Positions 1 through 8,517 of a DNA stretch of 64,000 nt are shown here, piece after piece; position 1 is the stretch's first letter, and each line of letters opens with the position of its first letter. Origin of the DNA: a virus; IMG/VR virus record IMGVR_UViG_3300035070_003385, positions 96,001-160,000 of that record; one strand, 5' to 3'. Below the pieces are notes generated by a model, which worked only from the letters and a program-made list of their open reading frames with translations, was not told where the DNA came from and did not search any database. Position numbers and translations under genes: made by a program.

Positions 1-5
1 AAATA

Positions 6-239
6 ATGCATGGCGATCAAAATCTAGATAATATAATATTAGATATTAGAAAAAGAATTTCCGATTTGAGAGCTCATTTGGAAACAAATGAGCCAAGTAA
101 AGATATTGTTAATGTCGACCATGAAAACCCGCCAATTCAAGTAATAGACGAAGCTGAAGAAAAAAAGAAAGAGCAGGCTAAAAAGAAGTTAGCTGAACTC
201 AGTGCAATGAAAGCTAAACTGTTAGGAAAGAAAAAATGA
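6..239 (+). CDS. hypothetical protein, charged C-terminal helix
   Basis: ORF track; stop overlaps the next ATG (ATGA coupling). Confidence 0.55.
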   Translation: MHGDQNLDNIILDIRKRISDLRAHLETNEPSKDIVNVDHENPPIQVIDEAEEKKKEQAKKKLAELSAMKAKLLGKKK

Positions 240-388
240 ACTGGATTAAAAAAAGATTAACAGAAAGAACTACTCTTGACGGGGCTGTTCTTATTGCAAC
301 TGGTGTAGCAATGATTTTAATTCCAATAGATTTAATTGCGTATGCAGTTATTTTTTATGGTGCATGGACTATTTGGAAAAAAGAATAA
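236..388 (+). CDS. small membrane protein (50 aa)
   Basis: Translated by hand: MNWIKKRLTERTTLDGAVLIATGVAMILIPIDLIAYAVIFYGAWTIWKKE; hydrophobic hairpin; not in the ORF track. Confidence 0.7.
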   Translation: MNWIKKRLTERTTLDGAVLIATGVAMILIPIDLIAYAVIFYGAWTIWKKE

Positions 389-397
389 ATTAATCTA

Positions 398-426
398 TTG
401 ACAAATACAAATATATGTAATATAAT
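398..426 (+). promoter_or_regulatory. sigma70-type early promoter
   Basis: TTGACA-17bp-TATAAT upstream of heme oxygenase. Confidence 0.8.
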
Positions 427-462
427 AAAACAATAAGACTAGTAAAAAGCGAATTGAGATTA

Positions 463-1056
463 ATGGATAATTTAAAAAACCTAACAAAATCAGAACATCG
501 GAATGCTGAAAGAACTACGTTTATGCGTAGGCTAATAAAAAAGAATATTACGCCAGAACAATATTACGTCTATTTAAAAAACCAGCTGGCTGTATATACT
601 ACGTTAGAATTTTATGCTGGCCGTAAAAATATATTTGAAGGTGAAATGTCAAAATTAGAAAGATCTCCTGCGCTGCTTGCAGATCTTTTGGAAATGGAAT
701 CGGCTGAAAATTTTAATTCGCTAGGTGACAATTTAATCCTTTCAACTGCTATAAATTACATAAAATATATTGAAGAAATACAAAACAATAAAGATAGACT
801 TTTTGCTCATATTTATGTAAGGCATATGGGTGATTTGTCTGGCGGCCAAATGATTAAAAAACTAGTACCAGGTCCTACATCCTTTTATGAATTTGATAGT
901 GATACTGAATATCTTAAAAGCAAAATAAGAGAAAAATTGCACGATGGGCTAGTTGATGAAGCTAAAGTTTGTTTCGGCATGGTTCAAGATTTTTTAGAAG
1001 AATTGGAACAATATTTCAATGGAACAGACTCCGAAGTTATGGCAAAGATTAAATAA
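463..1056 (+). CDS. hemO: heme oxygenase (phage HemO/Ho1 type)
   Basis: Proximal His (SEHRNAE), AHIYVRHMGDLSGGQ distal-helix motif, EAKVCF C-terminal motif. Confidence 0.92.
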   Translation: MDNLKNLTKSEHRNAERTTFMRRLIKKNITPEQYYVYLKNQLAVYTTLEFYAGRKNIFEGEMSKLERSPALLADLLEMESAENFNSLGDNLILSTAINYIKYIEEIQNNKDRLFAHIYVRHMGDLSGGQMIKKLVPGPTSFYEFDSDTEYLKSKIREKLHDGLVDEAKVCFGMVQDFLEELEQYFNGTDSEVMAKIK

Positions 1057-1708
1057 ATATGCTGAGTATTTAGAAACAAGGTTCGATAGCTCGTTTGAGA
1101 GATATGAAGAACCAAAAATGAATAACCTAAATTTTAAAAATTGGAACGACACGTTTTGGTGCTCCAATGTTATTCGCAAATGCCATTTAAAAACAATTTC
1201 GCCAAAAGATGGCAAAGGCCTTTGGTTAATGCATGTAAATGTGTTTCCAAGAGTGAATATAGAGTTGCCAATTCTTGGATTTGATATCGTAGCCGGGCCC
1301 AAAAAAATTACTGGCTCGTTTATGGATTATAGCCCATTATATGGCTTTCCACACCCATATCACGAATATATGGAAATGTGTGTTGCCGGTTTGGAATGGA
1401 ACAAGCCACGCGAATTGCCACCCTGGGCCAGTGAAATTTTTTCAAGTGATATGATTGCAGTAAGCAATATTAATACTGATAAAGAACTTGACCAATTTAT
1501 TCAAGTTACAACTGATTTAGTAGATTATTATTTAGATAATTTAAATATGTTTGCGCTCGAGTCTCGGCGTGACATAAGACCGTTGTTAAACAAATATTGC
1601 CAAAACCAAAAACTAAATCCGCATTTGCATCGTTCTATTTTGGCTATGGGAATATCAGAAAAAGATAAAAACGATTACATAAATAACATATTATTTGAAG
1701 AAATTTAA
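1019..1708 (+). CDS. pcyX: ferredoxin-dependent bilin reductase, PcyX-like
   Basis: HVNVFP..LPILGFDIVAG, LEWNKPRELPPWASEIFS, YCQNQKLNPH, SILAMG motifs resemble phage PcyX; adjacent to hemO. Confidence 0.85.
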   Translation: MEQTPKLWQRLNKYAEYLETRFDSSFERYEEPKMNNLNFKNWNDTFWCSNVIRKCHLKTISPKDGKGLWLMHVNVFPRVNIELPILGFDIVAGPKKITGSFMDYSPLYGFPHPYHEYMEMCVAGLEWNKPRELPPWASEIFSSDMIAVSNINTDKELDQFIQVTTDLVDYYLDNLNMFALESRRDIRPLLNKYCQNQKLNPHLHRSILAMGISEKDKNDYINNILFEEI

Positions 1709-1726
1709 ATAAGAATATTCAAAGTT

Positions 1727-1924
1727 GTGCGTGCATATATGGAAAATAACAATTCACCAAAAAAGCAGTTGACATACATGCACTGTTGTGATAATATTAA
1801 TATTATTAGAAATCAAACAGCCCTTACCTTTTCAGGACACAAATATTTAATAGCTGTGGTTTGCTGTAGCAATTGCGGTAGTAAAAAAGCGACCTCTTAC
1901 ATTAAACACATAAAGGAGATATAA
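1727..1924 (+). CDS. possible Cys-rich small protein
   Basis: HCCD...CCSNCG; but GTG start and an internal consensus promoter, so may be spurious. Confidence 0.35.
   Translation: MRAYMENNNSPKKQLTYMHCCDNINIIRNQTALTFSGHKYLIAVVCCSNCGSKKATSYIKHIKEI
1769..1797 (+). promoter_or_regulatory. sigma70-type promoter
   Basis: TTGACA-17bp-TAATAT. Confidence 0.55.
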
Positions 1925-2125
1925 ATGATTGTAAATAAATTCCTAAAAGAAAAGTCAGGACAAAATTTACGTGCTGAAATTCATTCTGACACGGATGGAT
2001 ATAATATTAAATATTTTATAAATGAAACCATGCAAACTCAAAAAACATTTGCTGGTCAAACTATCCAGCAAGTTGAAAATGAGGCAAAGGCATGGATTGA
2101 TTCGGTAGGGGTTATAAACGGTTAA
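1925..2125 (+). CDS. hypothetical protein
   Basis: AAGGAG RBS; coupled to gene 33. Confidence 0.7.
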   Translation: MIVNKFLKEKSGQNLRAEIHSDTDGYNIKYFINETMQTQKTFAGQTIQQVENEAKAWIDSVGVING

Positions 2126-2358
2126 TGATAGAAACTAAAACCCCTGAAAAAATTCATATGGCTATTCAAGATAAATTAACAAAAGGAGCAACTTATATTG
2201 ATGCTCTTGTTACCTATGCTAAAGAAAACAACCTTGAAATTGAAACAGTAGCAAATATAGTTAAAAAGTCCACAATTATAAAGCAAAAAATAAAAACCGA
2301 AGCTTTAGAATTAAGACTAGTAAAAAAGGAAGAAAATGACGTCACTAAACTATGCTAA
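2125..2358 (+). CDS. 33: late promoter transcription co-activator gp33
   Basis: YIDALVTYAKENNLEIE...IKQKIKTEA motif; T4 synteny 33-59-32. Confidence 0.85.
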   Translation: MIETKTPEKIHMAIQDKLTKGATYIDALVTYAKENNLEIETVANIVKKSTIIKQKIKTEALELRLVKKEENDVTKLC

Positions 2359-2932
2359 TGAAGCATCGTTTCGAGTCTATGTGAACTACTTAGCACTCAA
2401 AAAGCATTTTGATACAGACGGTTACGATTATCACAAATATAACGGTAAGATCCGTGCTTCCTTTGATAAATTCCAAACTCGAAACGATGCATTTTTTTTC
2501 TATAAGCTATCAAAGAAAAAAGATCCACTCAAGATTCTTATTGCTAACCTTGTTCGAAATCCTAAAGCATGGATTCGTGAAATAGTTGAAGAACGCGGAG
2601 AAGAAATCTATAACGAATGGGAAAAAAAGATGGACTCTTTGTCATATTTGTATAAAATGGATCTGCATAAACTCAAGGACAATTATCATGACAATCTATC
2701 CGTCATTGACGGTCAGCATCCATATGTTATGACTATGTATTTTCAAAAGGAAATATCTATTGAAACTTTTACTATACTTTCAAAGATTTCTAATGTTTAT
2801 GACTACTGGGAAGAAAAAGTAGTTGACAAATTCGTTGCACGTGATATAATAAGATTATCCAAGAAATATTATCCATTCTTGGAAATAGACCAAAAAAAGT
2901 TTTCTGCAATCACTAAAGAGTACTTTTTTTAA
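2336..2932 (+). CDS. 59: helicase loader gp59
   Basis: YLALKKHF..YDYHKYNGKI, FFYKLSKK, ISIETF motifs; synteny. Confidence 0.9.
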   Translation: MTSLNYANEASFRVYVNYLALKKHFDTDGYDYHKYNGKIRASFDKFQTRNDAFFFYKLSKKKDPLKILIANLVRNPKAWIREIVEERGEEIYNEWEKKMDSLSYLYKMDLHKLKDNYHDNLSVIDGQHPYVMTMYFQKEISIETFTILSKISNVYDYWEEKVVDKFVARDIIRLSKKYYPFLEIDQKKFSAITKEYFF

Positions 2933-2940
2933 TATAAATA
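2933..2940 (+). promoter_or_regulatory. T4-type late promoter
   Basis: TATAAATA upstream of gene 32. Confidence 0.65.
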
Positions 2941-3015
2941 GATGGTGGAATAAATCCACAATATACATCGCAATATAAACCAATGCTATATAACGCAAAA
3001 CTAGGAGACACAAAT

Positions 3016-3954
3016 ATGACAATGTCATTTGATGCACTTAAAAAGAACCGTTCATCTTCACTCGATAAGTTGAACTCACAGCTCTCACAAATCGCAACAA
3101 AGAGCTATTCAGATCCCAACGAAGGTAAATTTTGGAAACCAACCCGTGATAAGGCAGGTAACGGCTTCGCCATCATTCGCTTTCTTCCTCCTACATCAGG
3201 AGAAGAAATGCCATTCGTCAGACTCTGGGACCATGGATTTCAAGGTCCAACCGGTTTGTGGTATATCGAGAACTCACTCACAACTATCGGAAAAGATGAT
3301 CCAGTTTCAGAATTTAACTCCAAACTCTGGAACAGTGGTGTTGACGCAGATAAAGAACAAGCTCGTAAACAGAAACGCCGCCTTAAATACGTATCGAACA
3401 TTTATGTAGTTAAGGATAGCGGTAACCCTGAGAACGAAGGCAAGGTCTTTATGTATCAGTTTGGTAAGAAAATCTTTGACAAGCTCAACGATTTGATGAA
3501 CCCATCCTTTGAAGACGAAAACCCAATCAATCCGTTTGACTTTTGGGAAGGCGCAAACTTTCGTTTGAAAATTCGTCAGTTTGAAGGTTACCCAAATTAC
3601 GACAAGTCAGAGTTCGACGGTCCGTCTCCACTCTTCGAGGATGATGATAAACTCGAAGGAGTTTGGAAACAGCAACACGCACTCCAAGAACTCGTTGACG
3701 AAAAGAACTTCAAATCCTATGGAGATCTTAAAGCAAAACTATATCGTGTTTTAAATTTAACAGGAGACTCTCCGCTGTCAACGAGCACAGCAGAAGATGA
3801 AACGGATAACGAGCTCGATATGAGCAAGTTTGGAAAAAGCGACGACGCCCCTACGATGAAAGAAGAAACATCTTCCCCGCAGACATCACAGTCTGACGAT
3901 ATCAGCGATGACGATGAAGATCTTGCAATGTTTAGAGACCTCGTTAAAGGTTAA
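3016..3954 (+). CDS. 32: single-stranded DNA-binding protein gp32
   Basis: GNGFAIIRFLP, YIENSLTT, GKKIFDK, GANFRLK, NYDKSEF; acidic C-terminal tail; AGGAG RBS. Confidence 0.95.
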   Translation: MTMSFDALKKNRSSSLDKLNSQLSQIATKSYSDPNEGKFWKPTRDKAGNGFAIIRFLPPTSGEEMPFVRLWDHGFQGPTGLWYIENSLTTIGKDDPVSEFNSKLWNSGVDADKEQARKQKRRLKYVSNIYVVKDSGNPENEGKVFMYQFGKKIFDKLNDLMNPSFEDENPINPFDFWEGANFRLKIRQFEGYPNYDKSEFDGPSPLFEDDDKLEGVWKQQHALQELVDEKNFKSYGDLKAKLYRVLNLTGDSPLSTSTAEDETDNELDMSKFGKSDDAPTMKEETSSPQTSQSDDISDDDEDLAMFRDLVKG

Positions 3955-3959
3955 CAAAG

Positions 3960-3984
3960 AGAAGGGGCTTCGGCCCCTTCTTAC
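3960..3984 (+). terminator. rho-independent terminator, UUCG tetraloop
   Basis: AGAAGGGGC-TTCG-GCCCCTTCT then TTA. Confidence 0.8.
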
Positions 3985-3999
3985 ATCCAGGAGGTAAAC

Positions 4000-4326
4000 A
4001 TGGCTAACAAAATATACGAAGAAGTTTTGGATTTTGACTTCGGATTTACTTTTATAGACGAAGAGCTGCAAGAAAAGGAACTTGCCGCCGAAGAAACTAT
4101 TCAGCAAGTAAGTTCTGAAAAACAAACACTTGAGGATCAATTAGTTGATGCTAAATTGGCAGCAGATGATTTAGAATATAGATTAGAACTTTTATATAAA
4201 TCTATTGTACCATTTCTTAATAATCTTTGCAAAAATCCAGACAAATCAACAATCTATTGGCCTGACCGAGTTTCTAAAATTGAATCTTATCAGGGTAAAC
4301 TACTTTCAATCGTAGAAGGAAAATAA
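4000..4326 (+). CDS. conserved hypothetical protein (coiled coil)
   Basis: GGAGG RBS; FDFGFT and IYWPDR motifs seen in T4-like phages. Confidence 0.75.
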   Translation: MANKIYEEVLDFDFGFTFIDEELQEKELAAEETIQQVSSEKQTLEDQLVDAKLAADDLEYRLELLYKSIVPFLNNLCKNPDKSTIYWPDRVSKIESYQGKLLSIVEGK

Positions 4327-4327
4327 T

Positions 4328-5434
4328 ATGAGTCTACTCGACAAACTTGTGAAAAACTCTACTATTAAACTTACAGCTCAATTAACAGAGTCAAAAGTTT
4401 TTGGTAAAAAAGAAATGGCACCAACGCCTGTTCCTATGGTAAATGTGGCCCTTTCTGGTGACATCGATGGAGGATTATCCCCAGGCCTTTTGGTTTTGGC
4501 TGGTCCGTCTAAACACTTTAAGTCTGCGTTTGCACTATTAACAGCAGCTGCATATATGAACAAATATGAAGATGCAATTTTACTGTTTTATGATTCAGAA
4601 TTTGGTACACCACAAGCATATTTTGAGTCGTTTGGTATTGACATGGATCGAGTAGTCCATACACCAATTACTAATGTTGAAGAACTTAAATTTGACATTG
4701 CAAGCCAACTCGATGCAATTGATAAAAAAGATCATGTATGTATTATCATTGACTCCGTTGGTAACCTTGCTTCAAAGAAAGAAGTTGAGGACGCAATGAA
4801 CGAAAAATCAGTTGCCGATATGTCTCGCGCAAAGGCTCTGAAATCTTTGTTCCGTATTGTAACACCACATCTTAATCTTAAAGATATTCCATTGATTGCT
4901 GTCAACCACACGTATCAAGAGATCGGTCTGTTCCCAAAGGCAATCGTATCAGGTGGTACAGGCATCTATTATTCAGCTGATGCCATTTGGATTGTTGGTC
5001 GCCAACAAGATAAAGTTGGCACTGAAATCCAAGGTTATCACTTTGTTATTAATATTGAAAAATCTCGACACGTTAAGGAAAAATCCAAAATTCCAATTTC
5101 CGTATCTTGGGAAGGCGGTATTGTTAAATGGTCAGGTTTGATGGACGTTGCTGAAAAAGGTGGATATCTACGTAAACCAAAGGTTGGTTGGTATGAAGCA
5201 GTAGATCCAGCAACTGGTGAAATACTTTCGGCAAAACTAATGCGAGCTAAGGAAGTAAATGATAATGGTGATTTTTGGAATATGATGTTTGAAAAAACTG
5301 ATTTCAAAGCCTACGTTCACGATCGCTTTACAATCGGTGCATCTGGTAGTATTATGCGTGAAGATGATGGTAATAGCAGATCAAAGGCATTGGACGATTT
5401 GGCAGAAGCTGATAGCGAAGATGATCTAATTTAA
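4328..5434 (+). CDS. uvsX: RecA-like recombinase UvsX
   Basis: Walker A AGPSKHFKS, FYDSEFG, IDSVGNLAS, SGGTGIYYSAD. Confidence 0.95.
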   Translation: MSLLDKLVKNSTIKLTAQLTESKVFGKKEMAPTPVPMVNVALSGDIDGGLSPGLLVLAGPSKHFKSAFALLTAAAYMNKYEDAILLFYDSEFGTPQAYFESFGIDMDRVVHTPITNVEELKFDIASQLDAIDKKDHVCIIIDSVGNLASKKEVEDAMNEKSVADMSRAKALKSLFRIVTPHLNLKDIPLIAVNHTYQEIGLFPKAIVSGGTGIYYSADAIWIVGRQQDKVGTEIQGYHFVINIEKSRHVKEKSKIPISVSWEGGIVKWSGLMDVAEKGGYLRKPKVGWYEAVDPATGEILSAKLMRAKEVNDNGDFWNMMFEKTDFKAYVHDRFTIGASGSIMREDDGNSRSKALDDLAEADSEDDLI

Positions 5435-5437
5435 TTG

Positions 5438-5466
5438 TTGACAATTCTATGATATAGTGATATATT
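5438..5466 (+). promoter_or_regulatory. sigma70-type promoter
   Basis: TTGACA-17bp-TATATT. Confidence 0.75.
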
Positions 5467-5540
5467 AAAATTAATTACAAAGGTGATGGCATTGATCTGT
5501 GATTGGTGCCATTACTCATCTTAACAATGGAAAAATTTGT

Positions 5541-6971
5541 ATGATTGAAAAAACAATATTATCTAATTTGATTTACAACGAAGAATATTGCAGAAGAGTA
5601 TTTCCTTACATTAAGGAAGAATATTTCGATGATAATAGTCTTCGTAAAATCTTTTCAACATATTCGGACTATATGAACGAATATAAAGAGCCGCCATCAA
5701 TCGAAGCTCTTAAAATTTCAATAGATAAACGTAAAGATCTAAATGAAAGCGCATATAAAGAAGTCACGAATTTAATTGATGAATTAAAGACAGACGATAA
5801 TACAAATGAAACGTTTCTTGTAGATGAAACTGAAAAGTTTTGCCAGAATAAAGATCTTTATAATTCAATTCGTAAGGCTATTCTTATTCTCGACGGTCAA
5901 GATAAAGAAAACGATAAAGGAGCAATTCCAGGAATTCTTTCTGATTCGCTTGGCATTAGTTTCGATACACATATTGGCCACGACTTTCTTGAAGATTTTG
6001 AGTCTAGGCACGAGTATTACCATCGTAAAGAAGAACGCATTCCGTTTGATATCGACATCCTAAATACTATTACAAAAGGTGGATTACCTCGTAAATCTAT
6101 GTCAGTTCTTTTGGCAACAACTGGTGGTGGTAAGTCCCTCGTTAAATGTCACATGGCCGCATCGAGTCTAATGCACGGCAAGAATGTTCTATACGTTACA
6201 ATGGAATTGGCGGAAGAAGAAGTTGCTCGGCGTATTGATGCAAACATTATGAATATTACTCTTGACGAAGTTAAGGAAGTTCCTCTTAACGTATTTGAAA
6301 AAAGAATGGATCGTTATAAAAGTAAGACTCCTGGAAAATTGGTTATTAAAGAGTACCCAACAGGTTCTGCGCACTCCGGCCACTTCCGCCATCTCCTCAA
6401 CGAAATGCGTATGAAAAAGAACTTTATTCCAGATATTGTGTTTATTGACTATCTTAACATTTGTGCATCAGCGAGAGTAAAAGGCGCGGCCGCGGCAAAC
6501 TCTTATACACTTGTTAAATCAATCGCTGAAGAAATTCGCGGTCTTGCCATGGAATTTGACATGGCTATTGTTACCTCCTCTCAGTTTAATCGAGATGGTT
6601 ATGGAAACTCTGATGTTGATCTTACGAACACCTCTGAGTCTATGGGTATTACTCACACCGCGGACCTTATCCTCGGTCTTATCACATCAGAAGAATTAGA
6701 TCAACGCGGACAGCTTATGATTAAACAACTTAAAAATCGCTATGGAGATTTAGGCTATTATCGTAGATTTGTTGTAGGGATTGAAAGAGCAAAAATGAAA
6801 TTGTTCAATCTTGAAGAGCGTGCTCAAGATACTATTCAATCCGAGTCTTCAAATGGTAAAGGCGGTAATGATCCTCGCCCGACATTTGATAAGTCTTCGT
6901 TTGGAGAACAGTGGGACATGGGTTCCAAAAATAAAAAGAAAAGTTTGTTTGAAGTAGGAGAATTACAATGA
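5541..6971 (+). CDS. 41: replicative DNA helicase gp41
   Basis: Walker A ATTGGGKS, IKEYPTG, IDYLNI, SESMG, KQLKNRYGD. Confidence 0.95.
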   Translation: MIEKTILSNLIYNEEYCRRVFPYIKEEYFDDNSLRKIFSTYSDYMNEYKEPPSIEALKISIDKRKDLNESAYKEVTNLIDELKTDDNTNETFLVDETEKFCQNKDLYNSIRKAILILDGQDKENDKGAIPGILSDSLGISFDTHIGHDFLEDFESRHEYYHRKEERIPFDIDILNTITKGGLPRKSMSVLLATTGGGKSLVKCHMAASSLMHGKNVLYVTMELAEEEVARRIDANIMNITLDEVKEVPLNVFEKRMDRYKSKTPGKLVIKEYPTGSAHSGHFRHLLNEMRMKKNFIPDIVFIDYLNICASARVKGAAAANSYTLVKSIAEEIRGLAMEFDMAIVTSSQFNRDGYGNSDVDLTNTSESMGITHTADLILGLITSEELDQRGQLMIKQLKNRYGDLGYYRRFVVGIERAKMKLFNLEERAQDTIQSESSNGKGGNDPRPTFDKSSFGEQWDMGSKNKKKSLFEVGELQ

Positions 6972-7159
6972 GTTATTCATTAAAGAAAAACGAAAACCAA
7001 TACAGCATTTTGGAAATAGATAGTGGTACTTTAATTCAAGTTGGAACAGACTATAAAAATGCAAGAGTTACTTGCAGAAAATTAAATTTAGGATTTGGGT
7101 TTCAAGGATGGACTCCATTGTTTTTTTCGAAAAAAAATATTTCTACCAATTTACAATAA
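6968..7159 (+). CDS. hypothetical protein
   Basis: Coupled to gene 41; LNLGFGFQGWTP motif. Confidence 0.65.
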   Translation: MSYSLKKNENQYSILEIDSGTLIQVGTDYKNARVTCRKLNLGFGFQGWTPLFFSKKNISTNLQ

Positions 7160-7179
7160 GCGCCTAAAGCATGTTATTT

Positions 7180-7187
7180 TATAAATA
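7180..7187 (+). promoter_or_regulatory. T4-type late promoter
   Basis: TATAAATA about 30 bp upstream of ORF 7219. Confidence 0.7.
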
Positions 7188-7218
7188 GTTTAAATTAATC
7201 CTATACAAGAGAATATGT

Positions 7219-8514
7219 ATGATTTCGTTTAAAAAATATTTAAGAGAGAACAGTGAAATGCTTTTTGTGTCTCAGCAAGACAAGGCTAGATTTGATGCAG
7301 CCATTCAGCCATATACTTACACCGTAAAGAGTACAACAAATAACAAAACAGTATTGGTCGTTCGTTCTCAGAAAAATGATCGTGACTCTGTCAAGAAAAA
7401 TATAGAACAAAAATTAGATAAAGCAAACATAGATTACGAACTAAGCACATCCGGCGGGTCCGTCGGTTCTACTATCGTAAAGCTTGGATCTAAAAAGGTT
7501 CAAATTACATTTAAGCCAACGTCAGGGGGCATGTCAGAGACTACTCTTAATTCAACGATTACGGAGTTGGTTCCTTCTCTAGCATTTATGTCAAAGAAAA
7601 AGTTTTCAAACATAAACGACCTATATGATTTTATATCTGAAGCCGATGGAAACAAATATGGCGTATATGTAAATAGTAGAGACGCAGAAGCCGGTAAACA
7701 ATTTATCGAACAAATGCCAACGTCTTCAAAATATTCTGAAAAAATGGAAAACGCTTTAGCTATTTTAGACTATCTTAATGATTTAAACAAACAATCTCCT
7801 ATTCAACAAGTGTTTTGGGGTTATCGAGCGAAGCCAACCGGCATACCTGCGTCTCATAAAGGTGATTTATTCATCAAGTTTAAAAATAAAAATATGCTTG
7901 GCGTATCGCTTAAAGCTGGTGGTGAAAAAACCGCTGAACCTCAATTAAATACTTACGTGAATAAATTCTTTGATGATTTTTCGTATGCACGTGAAAAATC
8001 AGATCTACAGAAACTAATATTTAACAAAGTACATTCAAAACTTGGGTTACCTTTTGATTGGGACTCGAGAGGAAAGAAACGAAATTCAATTAAAATTATT
8101 ACAGAATTTAAGAAAAAGAATTCTAGAGAATACGAAAGTATGTACGACCAAATGCTTGATCTTATACGCGATGGTATTATAAGTGCAGTAAATAAGAATA
8201 AATCTAAAGCTATTGATTATATACAAAAACAAGTACTTAAAAAAGACAAAAACGTACCTTTAGTTGTCGTTAAAGCATTTGGTAATAAGTATAAAATGGT
8301 TACAGACGAAGATGATCTAGGAGCATTTTTGCCGAGGGTAAAAACTGTTAAAGCATATAAGTCTACCTCATCTAAACAAAATTGGTTTATTGAATTAAAC
8401 GCTGGTGGTAGCGAAAAGCTAACGATGAATATGTCAGTTCGTTCGAACAAATCTCCACCTGAAAATAAAATTGCTCAAGGTTTTAATCTTGCTATCAAAT
8501 TTAATGGAATTTAA
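7219..8514 (+). CDS. putative PD-(D/E)xK nuclease-fold protein with capsid-targeting-like N-terminus
   Basis: ITEL...KGDLFIKF...GVSLKAG pattern; N-terminus MISFKKYLRE. Confidence 0.5.
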   Translation: MISFKKYLRENSEMLFVSQQDKARFDAAIQPYTYTVKSTTNNKTVLVVRSQKNDRDSVKKNIEQKLDKANIDYELSTSGGSVGSTIVKLGSKKVQITFKPTSGGMSETTLNSTITELVPSLAFMSKKKFSNINDLYDFISEADGNKYGVYVNSRDAEAGKQFIEQMPTSSKYSEKMENALAILDYLNDLNKQSPIQQVFWGYRAKPTGIPASHKGDLFIKFKNKNMLGVSLKAGGEKTAEPQLNTYVNKFFDDFSYAREKSDLQKLIFNKVHSKLGLPFDWDSRGKKRNSIKIITEFKKKNSREYESMYDQMLDLIRDGIISAVNKNKSKAIDYIQKQVLKKDKNVPLVVVKAFGNKYKMVTDEDDLGAFLPRVKTVKAYKSTSSKQNWFIELNAGGSEKLTMNMSVRSNKSPPENKIAQGFNLAIKFNGI

Positions 8515-8517
8515 TAA

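Noticed and set aside
463-1708. Cyanophage assignment (ho1/pebS)
   Set aside because: Reductase motifs fit PcyX better; ThyA+DHFR rather than ThyX, DUF1127, and no photosystem genes in the window point to a non-cyanobacterial host (not proven)
1727-1924. Novel zinc-finger gene
   Set aside because: Kept only at low confidence: GTG start, weak RBS and an internal consensus sigma70 promoter suggest a non-coding leader
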